Part shown: piece by piece, positions 12,151 through 24,104 of the stretch
Layout of the letters: every line of letters starts with the position of its first letter
Numbering within the stretch: the first letter of the stretch is position 1
Assembly (NCBI RefSeq): GCF_006345805.1
Contig: NC_043002.1
Location: 66,712,001-66,776,000 of the forward strand
Direction: 5' to 3'
Length of the DNA stretch: 64,000 nucleotides
Source: Octopus sinensis
Lineage: Eukaryota
Translations under genes and position numbers: made by a program
The notes under the pieces: generated by a model
What the model saw: only the letters and a program-made list of their open reading frames with translations
What the model was told of the DNA's origin: nothing
The model's database searches: none

Positions 12151-12721
12151 ACACACACGCATGTTGACAGAAACCCACGACCACCAGAAGCTGGAAGTCA
12201 CTACCAAGCTTTTCCTTCTATATACAAGTGCCGCTGTGTGTGTATGTGTGAGCACGCGCATGTGCGCGTGCGTGTGTTTTAGGGTTTTTTTGTGCTGTAG
12301 CTATAGGGTGAGGGTAGTGACATCAGTTATTACATCAGGTCGTGACATTACAAGACACGTGTACCAGGCTGAAGCAGATCTGTCTGATTATAGCTAGTCT
12401 GAGTTCCTGTGTGCGTATGCGTGTGTGTGTGTGTGTGTGTGTGTGTAACATATGTGCGCGGAGCTCATGACAGTCTGCAAGGCCGTAAATATAAACTTCC
12501 CAGCCTCTTGAATATTAGAAGAAATCATATCCCTCACCTCAAGGGACCAGAAAGTCTTGTTCTATGTAAACGAGCCCCCACCCCACGCCACCCTCGGAAT
12601 TGCTGGCTTTGTGCCTAAATTTGAAACCAATCCTATAAGAATAATATAACTATAATGATTATACAGCGTAGTAGTGTTACTACAGTGTCGTAATATTTGT
12701 CTAGGCAGAGATATATTGTTA

Positions 12722-12802
12722 AAGTAAAACCTCGGTTTACGAACGCCTCTGATCGCGAATAAATCGTGCTTTATATGTGTATATCTATATCTATCTATCT
12801 AC

Positions 12803-12887
<85 letters not shown>

Positions 12888-12948
12888 GATAGATATAAAG
12901 CACGAGTTATTCGTGATCAGAGTTGTTTGAAAACTCAGGTTCTAACTG
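12722..12948. mobile_element. Tc1/mariner (pogo/Tigger-like) MITE with TA flanks
   Basis: Long imperfect TIRs (AAGTAAAACCTCGGTTTACGAACGCCTCTGATCGCGAATAAATCGTGCTTTAT vs ATAAAGCACGAGTTATTCGTGATCAGAGTTGTTTGAAAACTCAGGTTCTAACTG), TA on both sides, central microsatellite. Confidence 0.6.
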
Positions 12949-13439
12949 TACATATTTAGCATAGTCTCTCGCTTCACTGCGCATAAAATATTTTCAGTTA
13001 AACACGCCTCCTCCTTTTAGTCCTCTTAAAAGACATGGTCTCGTATATCTTTCGATTCTCCTTTTGCTTTAATGACCGACTTACGCAGGTAAAGACATAT
13101 TTTTACACTAGCTACATCTTTGTTACTCTTAATATAAGGTCATACGCAAGAGGTAGCGAGCTAGCAGAATAGTTAGAATGCCGGCCAGAATGCGGGGCAC
13201 GATTTCGTCTGTCTGCATGTTCCGAGTTCAAATTCCGCCGAAGTCGACTTTGCCTTTCAACGCTCCGGAGATTGAGAAAGTAAGAACCAGTCATGCGTTG
13301 TGGTCGATATAATGGACCCCTCCCCTAAAATCAACTTAATCCGTTTGTCTGTCCTTGTTTGTCTCCTTTGTGTGTAGCTCCTTGTGGGCAGCAAAGAAAT
13401 AAGAATCCTTTCCACGCCGGACAAAATGCTTAGCACAAG

Positions 13440-13990
13440 TTCAACAATTTGGGGAGAGAGCTTAAGTCGATTAGATCGACCTCGGTATTCAACTGGTACT
13501 CATTTCACCGACCCCGAAAGTATGAAAGACAAATTCGACCTCAGTAGAATTTGAACTTAAAACGTGAAGTCGGAAGAAATGTTGCTAACCATTTTGACCG
13601 TTGCCATAACGATTCTGTTAGCTCGCTACCTTAGTAGAAAGAAAGAGGGGTTAAGTCAATTACATCCACCTCGGTACTCAACCGATACTTATTTTATTCG
13701 CTCCGAAAGGGTGAAAGGCAAAGTCAACCTCGGCAGAATTTGAACTCAGATGGACGAATTACCTATTTCTTTAATACCCACAAGAGGCTAAGCACAGAGA
13801 GAACAAACAAAGACAGACAAACGGATTAAGCCGATTGTATCGACTCCAGTGCGTAACTGGTACTTATTTAATCGACCCCGAAAGGATGAAAGGCAAAGTC
13901 GACCTCGGCGGAATTTGAACTCAGAACGTAGCGGCAGACGAATTACCGCTAAGCATTTTGTCCGGCGTAGGAAAGACTCTGTAAGCTCGC
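13440..13990 (-). mobile_element. Cluster of tRNA-derived SINE family B copies
   Basis: Reverse complement of GGCGGCGAGCTGGCAGAA...GTTCTGAGTTCAAATTCCGCCGAGGTCGACTTTGCCTTTCATCCTTTCGGGGTCGAT consensus. Confidence 0.8.
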
Positions 13991-14137
13991 CACCTTGTAG
14001 AGAGAAATATTTTAACACACACGGCATATAACACCGGACTTCAGTTATTATTATTATTAATTACTATTATTATTATTATATTATTATTATTATTATTATT
14101 ATTATTCCTTTTTTATTTATTTTTTTTTATTATCATT

Positions 14138-14715
14138 AAGGCGGCGAGCTGGCAGAAACGTTAGCATGACGGGCGAAATGCTTAGCCGTATTTCGTCTGC
14201 CGTTACGTTCTGAGTTCAAATTCCTCGGAGGTCGACTTTACCTTTCATCCTTCGGGGTCGATAAATTAAATACCAGTTACGCACTTGGGTCGATGTAATC
14301 GACTTAATACCTATGTCTGTCCTTATTTGTCCCCTCTATGTTTAGCCCCTTGTGGGTAATAAAGAAATAGGTATTTCGTCTGCCGCTACGTTCCGAGTTC
14401 AAATTCCGCTGAGGTCGACTTTGACTTTTATCCTTTCGGGGTCGATAAATTAAGTACCAGTTACGCACTGGGGTCCATGTAATCGACTTAATCTGTTTGT
14501 CTGTCCTTAATTGTCCCCTCTGTGTTTAGCCCCTTGTGGGTAGTAAAGAAATAGGCATTTCGTCTGCCTTTACGTTCTAAGTTCAAATTCCGTTGACTTT
14601 GCCTTTTCTGCTTTCGAGGTCGATAAATTCAGTACCAGTTGCGTACTGGTCGATCTAATCGACTGGCCCCCTCCCCCAAAATTTCGGGCCTTGTACCTAG
14701 AGTAGAAAAGGAATA
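14138..14715 (+). mobile_element. SINE family B, internally trimeric (~183-bp unit)
   Basis: Unit start ATTTCGTCTGCC recurs at ~14189, 14372 and 14556 after a single head. Confidence 0.85.
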
Positions 14716-15094
14716 TTGCTTATATATCAGGCTACTACTACACTGGCATCATACTGATCGATGCCTCTCAAAAGTAGGTCATCCAATGAGCACTAGCATA
14801 CGGATGTATATATTCTTTTCACTAACCTATTCTATTGATGATACAGTGATCTGTGATCAGATTTCATAAGATATCCGTATACCTATTCCACCCAGGCCTT
14901 AGTCAGCGTAACTATGTGTGACTTCCCATGCTTTTACATCAAACACTTGTCTAATCTTTCTCCCCTGAGCTGTAAGTCCTCTGAAATCCCTTTCCTATCT
15001 CCGTTTTCTTTTTCTTACAGACGTCGAAATATAAATATTTCATATTAAACAAAACCCACCTTAATTTAATTAGTGACGGTCACTCACTTCTATC

Positions 15095-15535
15095 CTTTCT
15101 CTTGTATCGTTTATTTGCTTCGCTCGTGGGACTGCGGTCATACTGAGAAACCACATTGAAGTGTTCAGTCGAGCATTTAGGCCCCATTACTTATTTTAAA
15201 GTTTGGTACTTATTCTATCGGTGCTTCTTGCTGAACCGCTAGGCTACTGGGACATTAACAACACCGGTTGAAAAGCGGCGTGGCTGGACACAAATACACA
15301 CATACATGCGCGCACACGCACGCACACACACACACACACACCACACACACACACCACACCACACACACGCACACACACGACGGGCTTCCACTCAGTTTCT
15401 GTCTATCAAATTCACTCACAACGCTTTGAACGGTCCGAGGATATACTGAAGGACACACTTACCTGAGGTGCCGCGTAGAGGAACTGAACCCAAAACTACG
15501 TGGTCACAAAGCGAGCTTTTTAAAAATACAGCCTT
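15095..15535 (-). mobile_element. SINE family A (diverged)
   Basis: Body and head homologous to other copies, internal (CA)n. Confidence 0.7.
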
Positions 15536-17946
15536 ATCTGATAAACACATAAATTTCTTAAGATGTTAGTTCTCAACAAGGCGACATTTGTCGATTAAAT
15601 TGACCCTGATACTTGACCAGAGGATATTTGTCAACCTGCAAGTGGAAAAACACCAAATCAACTCGGGGAAGATTTAAACATAGGACATATCCATGCACAA
15701 CTAAATGTGTAATGTAAGGTAGTTAACATGACCTCCTACGCCCTCTACGTTCCCCTGAGATACTGCCTGTGTACAGAAATGGTTCATATATGAGAGATGT
15801 AATCATAAATATATAAAATGTTAATGTTATATTGTAGATTAAAAAATATTCAACACACCTATGATTTGTTGCACCTAAATTTGTGAAAAATATTAATCCT
15901 ATTTTTAGTTATTGGGCGACAATTTTAGCTTGAATTTCAAGCATTCCATATCAAGCATACTTTAGGTGAAATATGATATGTGCTAGGATAGGTGTGCGAC
16001 ATAACTGATAGCATAACAGGTGATTATAATGATGATGAAATATAAAAAAATTATCTAACCATTATCTGTTTTTTTTATAATGATTTAGCTAAATTTATCG
16101 TTTAAATGTATGACCTAATTCAAATTTCAAATTAACAGTTTTTTTGAGAAACAATGGATTACTTCAATTCAGTTTTGAAATGCAAATTACAGTTTACAGT
16201 GCGGGAAATGAAAAAGAAGCTCGACCTGGCTTTCTGTTACCCACAAATAATTGCTTTTCTATTTCACACTAAAACAGATATGCCATGTTAACATCCTGTT
16301 GCACACAAAGAATTCAGAAAACTTGACACCATTTGTATAATTGTTTAAAGATCTTGAATTCCTGCAAACTAATCATCAGAAGGCAACTGTAAAGTGGGGG
16401 GGGGGCAGAATTTGCCAGAAAAATTTAAATAACTAAAAGAATTATGTAAAAGGTTATCTCAAGGTATGAAAGGAAGTATTCTAAGTCTGCGAACAAGCCG
16501 TCATTAGAGCGTCGAAAGAAAGGACTTGCAACATTTATTCCGGCATTCCACCGAGGTCGACTTTGCCTTTCATCCTTCCAGAGACGATGAAATAAGTACC
16601 AGTTGAATACCGAGGTTGATGTAATTGATTTGCAACTTCACCACAGTGTCAGAGTTTGAAATCAATATTTATTCCAGCTTAAAGGCGATGAGCTGGCAGA
16701 GTCGTTAGCATGTCGGGTAAAACGCTTAACAGCATTCCGTCCGTCTTTACGTTCTGAGTTCAAATTGCCTTTTATCCTTTCCGGGTCGATAAAATAAGTA
16801 CTAGTTGAGCACTGTGCTCGATGTAATCGACTTACCCACACCCCTGAAATTACTGGCCTTGTACCAAAACTTGAAACCAATATTTGTTCTTGCTTAAGGC
16901 GGCACACTGGCAGAATTGTTAGAGCATTGGAAAAAATGCTTTACGGTATTTCTTCCAATTCATTACATTCTGAGTTCAAATTCTGCCGAGGTTGACTTTT
17001 CCTTTCCTCCTTTCGAGATCGATAAAATAAAATACAAATTGATCCTTGCAGTCAAAGTAATCTGCTAGCCCATTTCCCTAAAAATTGATGGATGTGTGCC
17101 ACAATGAGGGGGAAAAAGTTTAACCCGGTTTCTGGGCTCAAATCCCGCCGAGGTAGGCTTTGTTTTTACTCCTTCCAGCATTCATAAATAAATACTAGTT
17201 TAAGACTGTGGATCCCTAGAGCATCGAACGGGATATCTTGCGTTGGGATTTGTCATGGCTTTTTCCTTTCTGAGTTCAAATCCAGTGGTGATCTACTTGG
17301 ATGACAGTGGTGATCTACTTAATCCGTACCCAAGTTTGACAATTCTCTGCAAAAAAGATCAACAGAGTAAGTACCAGGCTTAAAAAATCAATAAGCACTG
17401 AGATCGATTCATTCGACTAAAAGCTCTTCAAAGCGAGGTCCCAGCCTCATTCTAATGACTGAAATAAATAAAAGATAAACGATACAAAGTCTCTAGATTT
17501 AGAAAGATTATTGAATCAGAGATCAATAGCTATGACATGTTCCGCAAGGAGCCTAGAATAAAAAAATCAAAGTTCTTCTGAAAGAGTATTTTGTGATTTC
17601 TTTTGTTGAAATCACAGCTGAGTCAGAATAATCTGCAAGAAAATTATTCATGAAACATTCAACATAGCCGTAGTATTTGACGGAATCTATGTCCAAGTAC
17701 GTATCTAATATTTTAATTCAGATTATACGGTTATTTTTTTTTTCAAGTGAATTATTATTAGTTATTTTGTTATGAATATATTGATATTGTTATGAATATA
17801 TTGATGTTATTAATGTTATGAATATACCGTAGTGAGCTTATTTTAATTCTTTATTAATGAATATTAGTAGAGATCTGACTTATTTAAATCGGTCATTTTA
17901 TCTGCATCATCCTGTAAATATACACAATCACACATACATACATACA

Positions 17947-17979
<33 letters not shown>

Positions 17980-18148
17980 CTATCTACCTATAGGAAAAAT
18001 AAGGATAAACAGAAGTTTATATAAAAGTTCCTACGCGTGATTCACCATTATAGTTGCTTGGAGCCCCGCGATAGGAGAGAGAGAGAGGGGGGGCTCCAGC
18101 ATGACCGCAGCTGCATGGCTGAAATGAATGACAGAGTATATACATACA

Positions 18149-18237
<89 letters not shown>

Positions 18238-18518
18238 GAGAGAGAGAGAGAGAGAGAGCTGTGAACTTCGAAGCTAACGGATGACCAATTATAGCACTTA
18301 CTCAGAGTACCTATTCGTTTAGATCACCAGTGAACTAAACCCCTCATATTATATATATATGTATATATACATTTATATATAGAGGGCATTATACATACAT
18401 GCCAGGAGGCATTCTACATACACGCCATACGCTAAGAGGGACAATCAGTCATTTCTACCAAAAATATTACTAATCCCACCGAATGCAATTTTTCAAAGAA
18501 AGACATTTAAAAATATAT

Positions 18519-18566
18519 AGACCTGTATCACAGTGATTTCATACTTACGTAATCATCAGCAGGCCT
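18519..18566 (-). ncRNA. Type I hammerhead ribozyme motif (family 4), unit 1
   Basis: AGGCCTG-CTGATGA-T[TAC-GTAA-GTA]T-GAAA-TCACTGTGA-TA/CAGGTCT; 7-bp stem I with one G.U. Confidence 0.8.
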
Positions 18567-18994
18567 GAATATACTATAAATAAACAACGACCCCGCTTCG
18601 TTTAAGCCGATCAGCTAACTGATCAACATCAACGAGGCACATGGTTGAGTTTATATATACTATATCCGGATGAATGGCAAACTTTTACGAATTGCATTCG
18701 GGAGAGGAAAAGTTTTTTCGGAATAAAAATTTAGCAATTAGGACAACTACTTAATAAGGAAAACTTAACAAGAAATTGTCAGGTAGATAGCGTAAAAACC
18801 TCATAAGAGAAAAAATTTCGAAAATAATATTTCTTATTGAACATATTCATTTATATATAGAGGGCATTATACATACATGCCAGGAGGCATTCTACATACA
18901 CGCCATACGCTAAGAGGGACATCAGTCATTTCTACCAAAATATTACTAATCCCACCGAATGCAATTTTTCAAAGAAAGACATTTAAAAATATAT

Positions 18995-19042
18995 AGACCT
19001 GTATCACAGTGATTTCATACTTACGTAATCATCAGCAGGCCT
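18995..19042 (-). ncRNA. Type I hammerhead ribozyme motif (family 4), unit 2
   Basis: Identical 48-nt motif. Confidence 0.8.
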
Positions 19043-19475
19043 GAATATACTATAAATAAACAACGACCCCGCTTCGTTTAAGCCGATCAGCTAACTGATC
19101 AACATCAACGAGGCACATGGTTGAGTTTATATATACTATATCCGGATGAATGGCAAACTTTTACGAATTGCATTTCGGGAGAGGAAAAGTTTTTTCGGAA
19201 TAAAAATTTAGCAATTAAGGACAACTACTTAATAAGGAAAACTTAACAAGAAATTGTCAGGTAGATAGCGTAAAAACCTCATAAGAGAAAAAATTTCGAA
19301 AATAATTATTTCTTATTGAACATATTCATTTATATATAGAGGGCATTATACATACATGCCAGGAGGCATTCTACATACACGCCATACGCTAAGAGGGACA
19401 ATCAGTCATTTCTACCAAAAATATTACTAATCCCACCGAATGCAATTTTTCAAAGAAAGACATTTAAAAATATAT

Positions 19476-19523
19476 AGACCTGTATCACAGTGATTTCATA
19501 CTTACGTAATCATCAGCAGGCCT
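19476..19523 (-). ncRNA. Type I hammerhead ribozyme motif (family 4), unit 3
   Basis: Identical 48-nt motif. Confidence 0.8.
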
Positions 19524-19950
19524 GAATATACTATAAATAACAACGACCCCGCTTCGTTTAAGCCGATCAGCTAACTGATCACATCAACGAGGCACAGGTT
19601 GAGTTTATATATACTATATCCGGATGAATGGCAAACTTTTACGAATTGCATTTCGGGAGAGGAAAAGTTTTTTCGGAATAAAAATTTAGCAATTAAGGAC
19701 AATTACTTAATAAGGAAAACTTAACAAGAAATTGTCAGGTAGATAGCGTAAAAACTCATAAGAGAAAAAATTTCGAAAATAATTATTTCTTATTGAACAT
19801 ATTATTTATATATAGAGGGCATTATACATACATGCCAGGAGGCATTCTACATACACGCCATACGCTAAGAGGGACAATCAGTCATTTCTACCAAAATATT
19901 ACTAATCCCACCGAATGCAATTTTTCAAAGAAAGACATTTAAAAATATAT

Positions 19951-19997
19951 AGACCTGTATCACAGTGATTTCATACTTACGTAATCATCAGCAGGCT
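19951..19997 (-). ncRNA. Type I hammerhead ribozyme motif (family 4), unit 4
   Basis: Core intact; one base missing in the outer part of stem I. Confidence 0.75.
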
Positions 19998-20430
19998 GAA
20001 TATACTATAAATAAACAACGACCCACCCCGCTTCGTTTAAGCCGATCAGCTAACTGATCAACATCAACGAGGCACATGGTTGAGTTTATATATACTATAT
20101 CCGGATGAATGGCAAACTTTTACGAATTGCATTTCGGGAGAGGAAAATTTTTTCGGAATAAAAATTTAGCAATTAAGGACAACTACTTAATAAGGAAAAC
20201 TTAACAGAAATTGTCAGGTAGATAGCGTAAAACCTCATAAGAGAAAAAATTTCGAAAATAATTATTTCTTATTGAACATATTCATTTATATATAGAGGGC
20301 ATTATACATACATGCCAGGAGGCATTCTACATACACGCCATACGCTAAGAGGGACAATCAGTCATTTCTACCAAAATATTACTAATCCCACCGAATGCAA
20401 TTTTTCAAAGAAAGACATTTAAAAATATAT

Positions 20431-20480
20431 AGACCTGTATCACAGTGATTTCATACTTACGTAATCATCACAGCAGGCCT
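20431..20480 (-). ncRNA. Hammerhead motif (family 4), unit 5, core disrupted
   Basis: 2-nt insertion gives CTGTGATGA instead of CTGATGA. Confidence 0.5.
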
Positions 20481-20906
20481 GAATATACTATAAATAAACA
20501 ACGACCCCGCTTCGTTTAAGCCGATCAGCTAACTGATCAACATCAACGAGGCACATGGTTGAGTTTATATATACTATATCCGGATGAATGGCAACTTTTA
20601 CGAATTGCATTTCGGGAGAGGAAAAGTTTTTTCGGAATAAAAATTTAGCAATTAAGGACAACTACTTAATAGGAAAACTTAACAAGAAATTGTCAGGTAG
20701 ATAGCGTAAAACCTCATAAGAGAAAAAATTTCGAAAATAATTATTTCTTATTGAACATATTCATTATATATAGAGGGCATTATACATACATGCCAGGAGG
20801 CATTCTACATACACGCCATACGCTAAGAGGACAATCAGTTCATTTCTACCAAAATATTACTAATCCCACCGAATGCAATTTTTCAAAGAAAGACATTTAA
20901 AAATAT

Positions 20907-20954
20907 AGACCTGTATCACAGTGATTTCATACTTACGTAATCATCAGCAGGCCT
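20907..20954 (-). ncRNA. Type I hammerhead ribozyme motif (family 4), unit 6
   Basis: Identical 48-nt motif. Confidence 0.8.
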
Positions 20955-21328
20955 GAATATACTATAAATAAACAACGACCCCGCTTCGTTTAAGCCGATC
21001 AGCTAACTGATCAACATCAACGAGGCACATGGTTGAGTTTATATATCTATATCCGGATGAATGGCAAACTTTTACGAATTGCATTTCGGGAGAGGAAAAG
21101 TTTTTTCGGAATAAAAATTTAGCATTAAGGACAACTACTTAATAAGGAAAACTTAACAAGAATTGTCAGGTAGATAGCGTAAAAACCTCATAAGAGAAAA
21201 AATTTCGAAAATAATTATTTCTTATTGAACATATTCATTATATATTCAACAACATGTGCCTCGTTGATGTGGATCATTAGCTGATCGGCTTAAACGAAGC
21301 GGGGTCGTTGTTTATTTATAGTATATTC

Positions 21329-21376
21329 AGGCCTGCTGATGATTACGTAAGTATGAAATCACTGTGATACAGGTCT
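21329..21376 (+). ncRNA. Type I hammerhead ribozyme motif (family 4), inverted arm unit 7
   Basis: AGGCCTGCTGATGATTACGTAAGTATGAAATCACTGTGATACAGGTCT read directly on the plus strand. Confidence 0.8.
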
Positions 21377-21805
21377 ATATATTTTTAAATGTCTTTCTTT
21401 GAAAAATTGCATTCGTTGGGATTAGTAATTTTTGGTAGAAATGACTGATTGTCCCTCTTAGCGTATGGCGTGTATGTAGAATGCCTCCTGGCATGTATGT
21501 ATAATGCCCTCTATATATAAATGAATATGTTCAATAAGAAATAATTGTTTTCGAAATTTTTTCTCTTATGAGGTTTTTACGCTATCTACCTGACAATTTC
21601 TTGTAAGTTTTCCTTATTAGTAGTTGTCCTTAATTGCTAAATTTTTATTCCGAAAAAACTTTTCCTCTCCCGAAATGCAATTCGTAAAAGTTTGCCATTC
21701 ATCCGGATATAGTATATATAAACTCAACCATGTGCCTCGTTGATGTTGATCAGTTAGCTGATCGGCTTAAACGAAGCGGGGTCGTTGTTTATTTATAGTA
21801 TATTC

Positions 21806-21853
21806 AGGCCTGCTGATGATTACGTAAGTATGAAATCACTGTGATACAGGTCT
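21806..21853 (+). ncRNA. Type I hammerhead ribozyme motif (family 4), inverted arm unit 8
   Basis: Identical 48-nt motif. Confidence 0.8.
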
Positions 21854-22286
21854 ATATTTTTAAATGTCTTTCTTTGAAAAATTGCATTCGGTGGGATTAG
21901 TAATATTTTTGGTAGAAATGACTGATTGTCCCTCTTAGCGTATGGCGTGTATGTAGAATGCCTCCTGGCATGTATGTATAATGCCCTCTATATATAAATG
22001 AAATGTTCAATAAGAAATAATTATTTTCGAAATTTTTTCTCTTATGAGTTTTTTACGCTATCTACCTGACAATTTCTTGTTAAGTTTTCCTTATTAAGTA
22101 GTTGTCCTTAATTGCTAAATTTTTATTCCGAAAAAACTTTTCCTCTCCCGAAATGCAATTCGTAAAAGTTTGCCATTCATCCGGATATAGTATATATAAA
22201 ACTCAACCATTGTGCCTCGTTGATGTTGATCAGTTAGCTGATCGGCTTAAACGAAGCGGGGGTCGTTGTTTATTTATAGTATATTC

Positions 22287-22334
22287 AGGCCTGCTGATGA
22301 TTACGTAAGTATGAAATCACTGTGATACAGGTCT
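22287..22334 (+). ncRNA. Type I hammerhead ribozyme motif (family 4), inverted arm unit 9
   Basis: Identical 48-nt motif. Confidence 0.8.
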
Positions 22335-22639
22335 ATATATTTTAAATGTCTTTCTTTGAAAAATGCATTCGGTGGGATTAGTAATATTTGGTAGAAATGA
22401 CTGATTGTCCCTCTTAGCGTTATGGCGTGTATGTAGAATGCCTCCTGCATGTATGTATAATGCCCTCTATATATAAAATGAATATGTTCAATAAGAAATA
22501 ATTATTTTCGAAATTTTTTCTCTTATGAGGTTTTTACGCTATCTACCTGACAATTCTTGTTAAGTTTTCCTTATTAAGTAGTTGTCCTTAATTGCTATAT
22601 GATTATAATATAATATATATATATATATATATAATATAT

Positions 22640-23110
22640 ATTATAATCAAAATAAGCAACAAGGATATCCAGAGGTAATGCAGAGGTAATGTTGCTTATT
22701 TGGTTTTAATCACCTTAGTTTGAAGTTGTATGGATAATACCGGGATCTTTTACAATTAAGAAAAAAAAAACGAAAGGCTAAAATTTAGGGTTAGGGTGAG
22801 GGTGAGGGTGAGGGTTAGGGTTAGTGACAGGATGTTGTCTCAGTTTTAGACGCAGCAAATGATTTTAGCTCAATTAGAGGCAATTGATTGGTTAAAATTC
22901 GAAAAATTAAACAACGTTAAACAAACGAATTACAATTTTCTCAAGACACATTTGACACATTCTACCAGTATACGAAGTTTTAAAGTGTTTAGTTAACTAG
23001 AAATTGTGTTGACATGTGCCATTCAAAAGGAAAAGATCCTAATACCGTACCAAATTCTGGTGCCTCAACTTAAGTACCCTATTCATCTGAATCTAAATTT
23101 TTGCTGAACT
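22640..23110 (+). mobile_element. PLE-like terminal tail with a mini-foldback, split by a MITE
   Basis: TGTTGCTTATTTGGTTTTAATCACC...TATGGATAATACC|GTACCAAATTCTGGTGCC...TGAATCTAAATTTTTGCT is the reverse complement homolog of 5945-6055; an inverted ~22-bp copy lies at 22640-22661. Confidence 0.65.
22743..23039. mobile_element. MITE with 8-bp TSD (Merlin- or hAT-like) carrying telomere-like repeats
   Basis: TIR GGATCTTTT / AAAAGATCC; TSD TAATACCG at 22735-22742 and 23040-23047; (TTAGGG/TGAGGG)n at ~22785-22824. Confidence 0.7.
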
Positions 23111-23196
23111 CATCTACCATACTCAAAGTATATATATATATATAGTATCTTTATATATCTATATATATTATGATATATATATATATATATATTATG

Positions 23197-23231
<35 letters not shown>

Positions 23232-23950
23232 GTTGTGTGTGTGTGTGTGTATGTGTGGGTGTAGATATATATTATAGTATGTATTATTTGGATTCATCCT
23301 GTTGCAGGAACAATGTTGTGGCAAAATAGACGTGGTGTAATAGCGAATTTTTGTGGCACACACACACGCATGTGTGTGTGTATGTGTGTAAATATCGTGT
23401 ATTAATTTTAATGAATACTTTGAATATTATTAGAGAGATACCACTTAATTAAATCAGCCGCCTTATCTAGCCGCCATCCTCTCTGTGTGTATGTATGTGT
23501 ATGTTTGCGCATGCGTGTATGTATGTGTGTGTTTCATTGTAATCATAAAATATATATATATATATATAATATTTATAACTATCCTGATTTTTCTTCATAA
23601 TATGTTGGAACCCCTGCTACTCATTCTTTGGTCGTTGCTTATTCTTCCTCTAAAGAGACAGTGTAATCTGGCTGATAAGCGAATATTTTCGCTATAGTTA
23701 TGGAGATTAGTTGTTCTAGAGCTGCAAAGAATAGTAAATCCCAGCCAAAATAACGAAAATTCGTGATAACAATTAAAATGGTTTTATTCACGTTCGCTAC
23801 TGGTCGATAAACGTTGATAAATCAGCTAAGCTGTGACAAGCTATATCAACCACGATAAATTGTGGAACGTCACTGATATATATATCAACGAATACAGCGA
23901 TCTACGAATGTTTACTGGTGATGTAATGACGCATATATGTTTAGATGTGT

Positions 23951-23992
<42 letters not shown>

Positions 23993-24104
23993 TGCATGTG
24001 TGCATGTGTGTGTGTGCAGTGTATTGTGCATGGATGTGCGTGTATGTGTGTACGGTGTGAATTTGTTGACGAATCGCTAAATGAACCGACGAATCATATG
24101 TTTG

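Larger units (their letters stand above)
18370..22597. repeat. Tandem array of ~478-bp hammerhead-containing units with internal inversion (putative non-LTR retrozyme array)
   Basis: Unit marker AGAGGGCATT at 18381, 18859, 19338, 19814, 20294 and 20772; from ~21245 the same unit runs in reverse complement for ~2.8 copies to ~22597; each unit holds one HHR motif. Confidence 0.95.

Noticed and set aside
18370-22597. CRISPR array, rDNA/tRNA cluster or coding repeat as explanation of the tandem array
   Set aside because: Units are near-identical over their whole length with no variable spacers, no cas genes, no rRNA or tRNA fold and no sustained ORF
22785-22824. True telomere or chromosome-fusion scar
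   Set aside because: Only seven mixed hexamers, enclosed by TIRs and a TSD of a MITE
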